DNA of 64,000 nt, from the NCBI GenBank assembly GCA_035501555.1, contig DATJWA010000027.1:256156-320155 (forward strand), in the 5' to 3' direction. Position 1 is the stretch's first letter. The number at the start of each line of letters is the position of its first letter. Made by a program: the position numbers and the translations under genes. The notes under the pieces were generated by a model, which was given only the letters and a program-made list of their open reading frames with translations, searched no databases and was not told the origin of the DNA. Origin of the DNA: Thermoplasmata archaeon (lineage in GTDB: Archaea > Thermoplasmatota > Thermoplasmata > Lutacidiplasmatales > UBA184). Shown piece after piece: positions 56,931-64,000 of the stretch.

Positions 56931-56970
56931 TGTCGGAGGGGGACACTACTGAATTCTTCATATCCCCGAC
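56931..56970 (+). repeat. Junction repeat
   Basis: TGTCGGAGGGGGACACTACTGAATTCTTCATATCCCCGAC; 38/40 identical to the copy at 54747. Confidence 0.93.
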
Positions 56971-57119
56971 AACCCCCGTTTCTCGATGAAAGCCCGATTA
57001 CGCAACTACCTGTAGTCGGGAAAGTGCGATTGTGAGACTACACGAAGCGCTCGGCCTTCTAGGGGTTTGGATACATCAAATCAACTGGGCGGAACAAGAC
57101 CTCCGCGTTGAGCCGGGGC

Positions 57120-57129
57120 TTAATCTAAC
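57120..57129 (+). promoter_or_regulatory. TTAATCTAAC motif
   Basis: Starts 28 bp before GTG 57148. Confidence 0.75.
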
Positions 57130-57147
57130 AAGTGCCGTTCCCGGGGA

Positions 57148-59073
57148 GTGGCCGCGACCCGCCGCCTTGCCGCCATCATGTTCACCGACACAGTCGGCTA
57201 CACCGCCTCCGCGCAGGCGGACGAGGGCCGAACGCTCGACCTGCTCCGACAGCAGGCGGAGCTGGTTCGTCCGCTCCTGGTGGTCCACCAGGGCCGAGAG
57301 ATCAAGACAACCGGGGACGGTTTCCTGGTCGAGTTCGACAGCGCACTCAAGGCTACCCAGTGTGCGGTGAGCATTCAGCGACGAATCTACGAGCGAAACT
57401 CCGAAGGCGGCCTCGCCCCGATCCAGATCCGGATCGGCATCCACTTGGGAGATGTCGTGCAGAGTGGCGCGGACATCCTCGGAGACGCGGTGAACATCGC
57501 GGCTCGGATCGAACCGATTGCCGAGCCCGGGGGCATCTGCCTGTCGGGCGCCGTTTACGAGCAAGTCCGGAACAAGGTACTCGAGAAGTTCGAGAAGCTC
57601 CCACCTGCCGCGCTCAAGGGGGTGGAGGCGCAGATCGACCTTTACCGAGTGGCGCTGCCGTGGAACGCTCTTCCGTCCTCAGCACACGACCTGGTTCCCG
57701 CGGGGATTGCCGTCCTCCCATTCTCCAACATCAGTCCGGATCCGAACGACGCCTACTTCGCAGACGGGCTGACCGAGGAATTAATCTCCGTGCTCTCTCA
57801 GTTTCGAGAGCTTCGGGTGATTGCGCGGACCTCGGTGACGCCCTACAAATCCACCTCAAAGGGGGTCAGTCAAATCGGGGCTGAGCTGGGCGTTTCCTCG
57901 ATCCTGGAAGGGAGTGTGCGAAAGGCGGGGAATCAGCTTCGGATTACTGCACAGCTGATCGATGTGCCTTCCCAGGGACACGTCTGGGCCAACTCCTACA
58001 ACCGAGAGCTCGATGATGTTTTCGTGGTCCAAGCCGAGCTCGCGAAGCAAGTCGCGGAGGCGCTGAAGATCGAACTCCAAGCCACCGAGAGGGCGAAACT
58101 CGAAGCGCGGCCGGCGGTGAGGCAGGACTCGTATCTCGCCTATCTGAAAGGACGCACGCTCCTGCACCGGTGGTCGCCGGAGACACTCAAGGCGGCGAAA
58201 GAGCAGTTCGAGCTTGCGATATCTCTGGATGGCCGAAATGCGTCGGCTTATTCAGGACTATCCGAGGTAATTCTACTGGACGGACTTTGGTTTTCTAGCA
58301 GTCCCCGAGTGGAGTGGAACGACTCAAGCCGGAAACTCGCCACTCGGGCGTTAGAAATCGACCCGAATCTCGCGGAAGCCCACTGCTCGCTCACCTTGGT
58401 TTTGTGGGACGAGTACCAATATGTGGAGTCCGAAACAGAGTTCAATCGAGCAACAGCTCTCAACCCCAGCCTCGCCGTAGCACACCGACACTACGGCCTC
58501 TTCCTGGCGGAGGAAGCTCGACCCGACGAGGCCCTACGCGAATTCGAGCTGGCCGAGGCCTTGGACCCGCTGTCAATAATCGTCCTCGCCAATCATGGCA
58601 TGTTGCTCATTCGTCTCCGGCAGCTGGACAAAGCGAGAGTCGCGATTGAGAAGCTGGGCCGGTTGGACGAATCCACCAGAGCATACCACGCCCTCCTGGG
58701 TGACTACTTCTGGGCGAAGGGCGATCACGCAGCGCAAATCGAACAACTTGACCTTACAATCAGAAGTTCGCCACAAGACCCACTGAATCCGATGTTTCGC
58801 GCGGCGGTCTATGCCTCGGCGGGCCGAGCGGACCAAGCACGGGAGTTGCTTCCCTTAGTAGAAGCGATGCCAGAAACCGCTCTCAAGTTCGCTACTCTTA
58901 TGGAAATCCACGCGGACCTGAACGACCTAGATGAATGCTTTAGGGTCATCGAGAAGGCAGTCGACGCTCACAAGTTCGGTGCGATCATATTGTTCCGGCT
59001 GGACCCCAGCTACGAGCAGGTGCGTCAGGACCCAAGGTTCAAGAGGATTCTTCAGAGGATGCACCTCGCCTGA
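57148..59073 (+). CDS. Class III adenylate cyclase - TolB_N-like - TPR protein
   Basis: MFTDTVG, EIKTTGDG, DILGDAVNIAAR; IAVLPFSNISPD; TPRs; VRQDPRF. Confidence 0.92.
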   Translation: MAATRRLAAIMFTDTVGYTASAQADEGRTLDLLRQQAELVRPLLVVHQGREIKTTGDGFLVEFDSALKATQCAVSIQRRIYERNSEGGLAPIQIRIGIHLGDVVQSGADILGDAVNIAARIEPIAEPGGICLSGAVYEQVRNKVLEKFEKLPPAALKGVEAQIDLYRVALPWNALPSSAHDLVPAGIAVLPFSNISPDPNDAYFADGLTEELISVLSQFRELRVIARTSVTPYKSTSKGVSQIGAELGVSSILEGSVRKAGNQLRITAQLIDVPSQGHVWANSYNRELDDVFVVQAELAKQVAEALKIELQATERAKLEARPAVRQDSYLAYLKGRTLLHRWSPETLKAAKEQFELAISLDGRNASAYSGLSEVILLDGLWFSSSPRVEWNDSSRKLATRALEIDPNLAEAHCSLTLVLWDEYQYVESETEFNRATALNPSLAVAHRHYGLFLAEEARPDEALREFELAEALDPLSIIVLANHGMLLIRLRQLDKARVAIEKLGRLDESTRAYHALLGDYFWAKGDHAAQIEQLDLTIRSSPQDPLNPMFRAAVYASAGRADQARELLPLVEAMPETALKFATLMEIHADLNDLDECFRVIEKAVDAHKFGAIILFRLDPSYEQVRQDPRFKRILQRMHLA

Positions 59074-59116
59074 CCCGCCACACTCCGCGCCTTGCCACCA
59101 GTACACAACCCACCCG

Positions 59117-59149
59117 TTTCCGGAGGGGCAGATGGCGGGTTCAAATCCC
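59117..59149 (+). repeat. Variant junction-like repeat with T-arm motif
   Basis: TTTCCGGAGGGGCAGATGGCGGGTTCAAATCCC. Confidence 0.55.
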
Positions 59150-59202
59150 TTACACCCGTAGGGTCAAGTGTTGGCGTTTCTCGGCGAGAAATTGCCAAAG
59201 GA

Positions 59203-59304
59203 TGTCGGAGGGGGGATTTGAACCCCCGACCCCAGGATCTCTCCCGGGACGCCCGCGGCGGCCCGCTATGAGTCCCGTGCTCTACCAGGCTGAGCCACTC
59301 CGAC
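59203..59304 (-). tRNA. tRNA-Met(CAT), probably elongator, with a 28-nt intron at 37/38 (59239-59266)
   Basis: Acceptor stem GTCGGAG/CTCCGAC plus A; D-arm GCTC/GAGC; anticodon stem CGGGA/TCCTG around CT-CAT-A; T-arm GGGGG-TTCAAAT-CCCCC; G1-C72, so not initiator; CCA not encoded. Confidence 0.93.
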
Positions 59305-59330
59305 AGGGATCGGAGGCACCACGGCCGCAC

Positions 59331-60059
59331 CTACGCGCCCGCGTCCTCGTCGCCGCCCGCGGTCGCCGCGACCGGAGGCGGGCCCGACGGACCTTCCGGG
59401 GCCGGGCTCTCGGTCGGGGGCGGGCTGGTGGGGATTTCCTCCGCGATCGCCCCGAGGACCTCGGAGCGGCGGATCTCGATCTTCTTCAGCGGGTACAGGG
59501 TGCGGACCCCGTGAGCCAGGATCTTCGACAGTTCCCCCTGGATCATCTCGCGGACGAACTCGGGGGCGGTCCGCTGGGCCGCCTCCTCCCGGAGGATGTC
59601 GACCATCTTGTGCCGCAGTTCCGCGCGCAGCCGCGTCTGGAGGCGTTGCTCGCCGACCGCGACCGGCTTGAGCACGATCTCGATCCCGTCCTTCGTCGTC
59701 ACGTGGAGCGAGGTGTCGATCTTGGAGCGCTTGCGACGGGCGAGGCGTCGGACGTAATCGGAGGTAAGGTCGTGGCCGATGAACCGGGTCTCGGCGACCC
59801 CGTCCCCGCCCACGCGCTCCACGCGGAACCGCATCTTGATGTGGGCCTTGCCGGCGTCTTGGCCCCCCGAGAGCTCGGGGACCGTCATCTCGAGCGTCCG
59901 GCCGATCAACTGCTCGGGTTCGGTCGCCACGGTCTCCCCGAGGTCGGCGTGCTGGAAGAGGCCCGGCGCACGGACCTTGTAAAAGTGCTTGGCCCTCCAC
60001 TTGTCCTTGACGGTCCGGGCGACCGTGGTCTTCTTCCCGGACGTCTCCTTCTCGGCCAT
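59331..60059 (-). CDS. rps3ae: 30S ribosomal protein S3ae (eS1)
   Basis: KDKWRAKHFYKVRAP, IGRTLE, GHDLTSDYVRRLARR, LYPLKKIEIRRSEV. Confidence 0.95.
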   Translation of the reverse strand: MAEKETSGKKTTVARTVKDKWRAKHFYKVRAPGLFQHADLGETVATEPEQLIGRTLEMTVPELSGGQDAGKAHIKMRFRVERVGGDGVAETRFIGHDLTSDYVRRLARRKRSKIDTSLHVTTKDGIEIVLKPVAVGEQRLQTRLRAELRHKMVDILREEAAQRTAPEFVREMIQGELSKILAHGVRTLYPLKKIEIRRSEVLGAIAEEIPTSPPPTESPAPEGPSGPPPVAATAGGDEDAGA

Positions 60060-60190
60060 GGGTCGCGGGGCCGCCGAGCGGGGTACCCTACTTAACCGTG
60101 TCGAGGCGGCGGAGGTCGATTCCCTGACGGAGGCTCCCGCGGAGCGCTCCCGTTGGCAAAGTACATAACCCGAGCCCAACTCCGCGCGCC

Positions 60191-61720
60191 GTGGCGGCGG
60201 CCAAGGAACCGGCGAAGGGTGCGCGGTCGACCGCGGCCGAGCTCCGCACCCTCCATCCGGCGGCCGAGTCCCCCGGGGAGCGCTTCCGGGGCGAGGTCCT
60301 CCGCCGGCTCGACGCGGCCCGAACCCGAGGTCTTTCCCGGGACGAGGCGATCCGGTCCCTCTTCCCGCACACGGTCCTCCCGTCCCAGACCTACGAGGAC
60401 GTGGTCGCGGCGGTCGTCTCGGGCGCGCACGTCCTCTTCTTCGGCCCGTCCGGCGCGGGCAAGACGAGCCTCGCCAAGGACCTCTGGGGCCTCTTCCCGA
60501 AGGGAGCCTGGGTGGTCGACGGCTGCCCGGTCCTGGACGACCCTCTCTCGATCATCGACCCGGCATCGGCCGACCGGTTCCCCCCGTGCCCGATCTGCAC
60601 CCGTCGCTTCGCTCCGGGCGGGGACCCGGTCCGCTTCGAACCCGCGGCCGTGGACGGCACCAAGGTCCCGGCCCAGTACGTGCACCTGCACGAAGGGTTC
60701 GGGTTCGCCCGGCTCCAGGGGAGCTCGGAGGTCTTTCCCGACCATCTGACCGGCAACATCAACCTCCGAAAGCTCGAGGAGGTCGGGGACCCGATGAGCC
60801 CCCTGGTCCTCGAACCGGGCAAGCTCCTCCAGGCGAACCGGGGGTTCCTCCTCGTCGATGAGATTGGGAAGCTGCCGCTCGGCACCCAGAACGTGCTCCT
60901 CCAGGCCCTCCAGGAGGGGGTGGTCACCCCCTCGAAGTCCCGGGAGAGCTTCCCCGGCTCGTTCGTCGCGGTCGGGACCTCGAACCTCTCCGACCTCGAC
61001 AACATCAACGACCCGCTCTCCGACCGCCTCACCAGCCTGTACGTCGGGTACAACGAACGGCACGCCGACAACCGACGGATCGTCGCGCTGGCGCGGGTGG
61101 AGGAAGGGGGCGGGTGGGTCCCCGAGATCCTCACGGACGCCGGCGTGCGGGTCATCGAGGCGTGGCGGCTGAGGACGAGCGACGACAACCCGGACATCGG
61201 GGAGGTCGGCTCGAACCGCACCCTGCTCGACGTCGCCAGCCGGACCCACGCGATCGCCACGCTCGCCGAGCGGACGATCCCCGTCTCGGCCGACCTCAAG
61301 GCGGGCCTGTTGCATGCGATGCGGGGCCGACTGCGCGCCCGCAGCGGAGAGTCGTTCCGCCAGAACGAGAAGCGGGTCGGCGAGTTCATCGAGCAGTACC
61401 TGGGCCCCTCGCTGAAGCGGAGTGCGGGCGTCTACTGGTGCCGCTACTACCGGGACTCACTGAAGGAGAGCGCCACCGAGGCCGAGGCGCTGGTCGGGGA
61501 GGGTCGTCGCCTGAAGGACGACGCGGCCCTGCTCACGCAGTCGGCGGGCGACCCCACCCTCTTCCCCCGCTTCCGCTCCTTCGCCCGATTCGTGGGCGAG
61601 CGCGAGCACCCCGGGGACGGGGTCGCCCCGTTCGACGCGGCGCTGGGCGTCTTCCGCCTCCTGGAGGAGCACTCCCTCTTCTCGTGCCGCGACGAGGACG
61701 ACGACGACGCCCCCGTCTAG
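60191..61720 (+). CDS. AAA+ ATPase (MoxR/Mg-chelatase ChlI-like)
   Basis: GPSGAGKT, LLQANRGFLLVDEIGKL, QNVLLQALQE, LSDR; Cys-containing insert. Confidence 0.85.
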   Translation: MAAAKEPAKGARSTAAELRTLHPAAESPGERFRGEVLRRLDAARTRGLSRDEAIRSLFPHTVLPSQTYEDVVAAVVSGAHVLFFGPSGAGKTSLAKDLWGLFPKGAWVVDGCPVLDDPLSIIDPASADRFPPCPICTRRFAPGGDPVRFEPAAVDGTKVPAQYVHLHEGFGFARLQGSSEVFPDHLTGNINLRKLEEVGDPMSPLVLEPGKLLQANRGFLLVDEIGKLPLGTQNVLLQALQEGVVTPSKSRESFPGSFVAVGTSNLSDLDNINDPLSDRLTSLYVGYNERHADNRRIVALARVEEGGGWVPEILTDAGVRVIEAWRLRTSDDNPDIGEVGSNRTLLDVASRTHAIATLAERTIPVSADLKAGLLHAMRGRLRARSGESFRQNEKRVGEFIEQYLGPSLKRSAGVYWCRYYRDSLKESATEAEALVGEGRRLKDDAALLTQSAGDPTLFPRFRSFARFVGEREHPGDGVAPFDAALGVFRLLEEHSLFSCRDEDDDDAPV

Positions 61721-61727
61721 CGACGCC

Positions 61728-63521
61728 GTGCGCCTTCCGGATTGCTCGACGTACGACGACGACGTCGGCTCGGACGACCTGGTGGACGCCCTCGACGCGG
61801 GCGCGCTCGTCCGGGCGCTCGCTGAGGAAGGGGTCGACGGGGCCCGGCGCCTCCTCCAGTCGAAGGCCGCGGAGGATGCCGAGCTGCGGGCCCGCCTGGA
61901 CCGGCTCCGTGCCCAGCTGCGCCGGCAGGACCAGCGCCGGGTGGGCCGGGTCAGGGCCGAGTACGACCGGCAGGTCGAGGCGCTCGACGAGGTCCGAATG
62001 CGGTCCGACGTGGAGGTGCAGCAGCGTCTCGCCGCGCTCGAAGCCCGACTCGCGGCCGCGCGCCAGGTCGACTGGTCCCGGTTGCCACCCTCCGACCTCC
62101 TGAGCGACGTTTCCGCGGCGCTCCTACTTCCGGACGCCTCGTGGAACCAGCCCCCGCCGCGGCCGGGGCTCGGGGCGCGCATCCGTGCGTTCTTTGCACG
62201 GATCGCGGCCTGGTTCCGCTCCCTCTTCTCCCGGAAGCGCGGCTCCGGAAAGGCCGCCCCTCCCGAGGGACGAACGGTCGCATTCGCCTACGCGAGCCCC
62301 GACGGTCGGGGCCTCGGGGCCTCGGAGCTCGGGGAGGCGCTCGCCCGGCTGTCGCCCGCCCAGCAGCAGGAGCTCTCAGGCAGCGTCGCGAACTCTCTCA
62401 AGGCCAAGGAGCGGGCCCTCGAGCGGGAGGCCGAGGAGAAGCGGAAGGCGGTCGAGGCCCAGCGGCGACGGCTCGAGGAGGAACGGGCCGAGGCGGCCCG
62501 CCGGGCCGCGGCCGAGACCGAGAACCGGGTGAAGGAGGGGGAGGCGCGCCGCCTCGAGCGGGAGCTCAAGGAGCGCGGGTTCGTGGCGGAGCGGGGCGAG
62601 AGCCTGGTCGTGACGTTCGGCCTCGTCCAGCGGTTCGCCCGCCTCCTGCTCGAGGAGGAGACGAAGCGCCTGCCGACCGACGTGCGGCTCTCGCTCAAGG
62701 GCGAGGGAGCGACCGGGGTCTACGAGAAGGCCCGGCTGCGCCGGGCCGAGGAGATCGCACACCTCGACGTGCCCGGCTCGCTCCTGGCCGCGCGAATGGC
62801 CGGCCAGCGCCACATCGAGGAGTCCACCAGCTACGTCTACCGGGAGGTGACGAGCGAGCGCGTCCACGTGGTGCTCGCCTTCGACCGCTCGGGCAGCATG
62901 GCCGAGGCCGGCAAGCTCGACGCGGCGAAGAAGGCCCTCCTCGCGCTCTACGTGGCGATCCGGCGCCGGTACCCGGACGCCACGATCGACCTCCTCGCGT
63001 TCGACAACGAGGTCGAGGTGCTCGACCTGGTGACGCTCTGGGAGTGCCGGGCGGGGTCGTTCACGAACACCGCGGAGGCGCTCCGGGCGGCCCACCTGCT
63101 CCTCCAAACCTCCCGGGCGAACCGGCGCGAGCTCTACCTCATCACGGATGGGTTGCCGGAGGCGTACACGGGGGAGGACGGACGGGTCCATTCTGGCCAA
63201 CTGGACCGGGCGATGGAGCAGGCGCTCGTCCGGGCGACCGAGGTCGCGACCGTGCGGCCCCTGCGCAGCACGATGATCCTCCTCAAGTCCCCGAACCCCG
63301 AGTACGAGCCGGCGGCCCGCCTCATCGCACGGACGATGGGCGGCGAGCTCGTCGTGACCGACCCGGGCCGCCTCGGGGTCGAGCTGCTGGTCCGGTGGGC
63401 CCACGGGGTCGAGACCGAACGGCGCCTGATGCCTCCGGCCCCGGCGGTCGTCGCGACCCCCCCGGGCTCCCCGGGAGGGCGGGGCCGCCGGCGGCGGGCC
63501 GACCGTCGGATGGGCGGCTGA
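61728..63521 (+). CDS. Coiled-coil plus vWA domain protein
   Basis: MIDAS DRSGSM, FTNT, LITDG; long Glu/Arg-rich coiled coil. Confidence 0.85.
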   Translation: MRLPDCSTYDDDVGSDDLVDALDAGALVRALAEEGVDGARRLLQSKAAEDAELRARLDRLRAQLRRQDQRRVGRVRAEYDRQVEALDEVRMRSDVEVQQRLAALEARLAAARQVDWSRLPPSDLLSDVSAALLLPDASWNQPPPRPGLGARIRAFFARIAAWFRSLFSRKRGSGKAAPPEGRTVAFAYASPDGRGLGASELGEALARLSPAQQQELSGSVANSLKAKERALEREAEEKRKAVEAQRRRLEEERAEAARRAAAETENRVKEGEARRLERELKERGFVAERGESLVVTFGLVQRFARLLLEEETKRLPTDVRLSLKGEGATGVYEKARLRRAEEIAHLDVPGSLLAARMAGQRHIEESTSYVYREVTSERVHVVLAFDRSGSMAEAGKLDAAKKALLALYVAIRRRYPDATIDLLAFDNEVEVLDLVTLWECRAGSFTNTAEALRAAHLLLQTSRANRRELYLITDGLPEAYTGEDGRVHSGQLDRAMEQALVRATEVATVRPLRSTMILLKSPNPEYEPAARLIARTMGGELVVTDPGRLGVELLVRWAHGVETERRLMPPAPAVVATPPGSPGGRGRRRRADRRMGG

Positions 63522-63586
63522 CCCCCGTTGCCGCTGGCGCCGAAGGTTTATCTTGCGAACCCGCGGTCGTTCGCCCGGTGGACACC

Positions 63587-63994
63587 ATGAGCGACGGTTC
63601 AGACCAGGCCCGGTTCCGCGAACACCTGGCCCAGATGCGCCAGGCGGCCCGCGGTCTCGGCGGGGATTTCGTTTCGGAGTTCAGCGACCTCGACACGAAG
63701 ATCGAGCGGTTCGGCCACGCGACGGCCCGGGACGCGCGGGAGCTCGGCTCGGAGATCGAGGACGGGATCTCCCACCTCGGTAAGCAGATCGACGACCAGA
63801 TGCGGCGCCTTCCCGGACGGATCGCCGACGGGGCCTCCCGCGCGGGCGGGGCGACCCGGGACGCCTTCGTCGCGGTCGGTCACAAGACGAAGGAAGGAAC
63901 GAAGAACGCGCTCGCCTCGGCCGCGGGGGTCAACCGCAAGCCGATCAAGACCTGGAGCCCCCCCGAGGGGCCGGACGAGAACCGACCCTCGTAG
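63587..63994 (+). CDS. Hypothetical helical protein
   Basis: ATG 63587 downstream of TTTATC; amphipathic helical composition. Confidence 0.65.
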   Translation: MSDGSDQARFREHLAQMRQAARGLGGDFVSEFSDLDTKIERFGHATARDARELGSEIEDGISHLGKQIDDQMRRLPGRIADGASRAGGATRDAFVAVGHKTKEGTKNALASAAGVNRKPIKTWSPPEGPDENRPS

Positions 63995-64000
63995 GAGGGG

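Larger units (their letters stand above)
30491..59304. mobile_element. tRNA-Met-anchored tandem gene-cassette array / genomic island (no recombinase in window)
   Basis: At least 11 direct, intergenic repeats related to the tRNA 3' end delimit gene units; repeated cyclase paralogs; visibly more A/T than the flanks. Left boundary uncertain. Confidence 0.75.

Noticed and set aside
30491..56970. The ~40-bp direct repeats as a CRISPR array
   Set aside because: Spacing is 0.6-3.8 kb with whole genes in between, the copies are degenerate, and there are no cas genes.
35686..56970. Repeats as extra or split tRNA genes
   Set aside because: They hold only the 3' acceptor/T-stem strand, with no D-arm or anticodon arm and no intact T-loop in the sense orientation.
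33275..57129. ATCTAAC matches the integron attC R'' consensus RYYYAAC
   Set aside because: It sits 28 bp before start codons rather than after genes, has no consistent GTTRRRY partner at attC spacing, and no intI is present. A promoter explains it better.
33300..59073. Diversity-generating retroelement behind TPR variation
   Set aside because: No reverse transcriptase, and I saw no TR/VR pair with adenine-specific differences.
59202..60095. 297-aa + strand ORF starting MSEGGFEPPT
   Set aside because: Antisense shadow of the tRNA and rps3ae.
604..63994. Many long Arg/Pro/Gly-rich ORFs (e.g. 3009-5192, 4983-7640, 15494-17206, 41739-43166, 62141-63586)
   Set aside because: Alternative-frame or antisense shadows of recognisable genes, expected in high-GC DNA.

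Overview
High-GC archaeal chromosomal DNA (fibrillarin, eS1/rps3ae, type II GAPDH, intron-containing tRNA-Met). Thermoplasmata is plausible but inferred. The flanks (about 1-17 kb and 59.3-64 kb) carry housekeeping and metabolic genes: a PKD surface protein, fibrillarin, RidA, DUF885, cysH-sat-cysC, an ABC-2 exporter, MFS, rps3ae and an AAA+/vWA pair. The main discovery is an array of about 29 kb (30.5-59.3 kb) running out from the 3' end of a minus-strand tRNA-Met(CAT). At least 11 same-orientation, intergenic, ~40-bp repeats split it into 0.6-3.8 kb gene cassettes. The well-preserved repeats begin with the last 12-14 nt of the tRNA and continue into a conserved non-tRNA arm; the most distal copies are the most decayed. 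The cargo is dominated by class III nucleotide cyclase sensor proteins (cyclase-TolB_N-TPR, cyclase-STAND-TPR, hydrolase-cyclase, and a cyclase-less hybrid) with evidence of domain swapping. Six cyclase genes share an invariant TTAATCTAAC exactly 28 bp before the start codon. No recombinase is encoded in the window, so this looks like an integron-like, tRNA-anchored cassette accretion system mobilised in trans (inference). All identities are manual counts, and many start codons were trimmed by eye from the ORF track.
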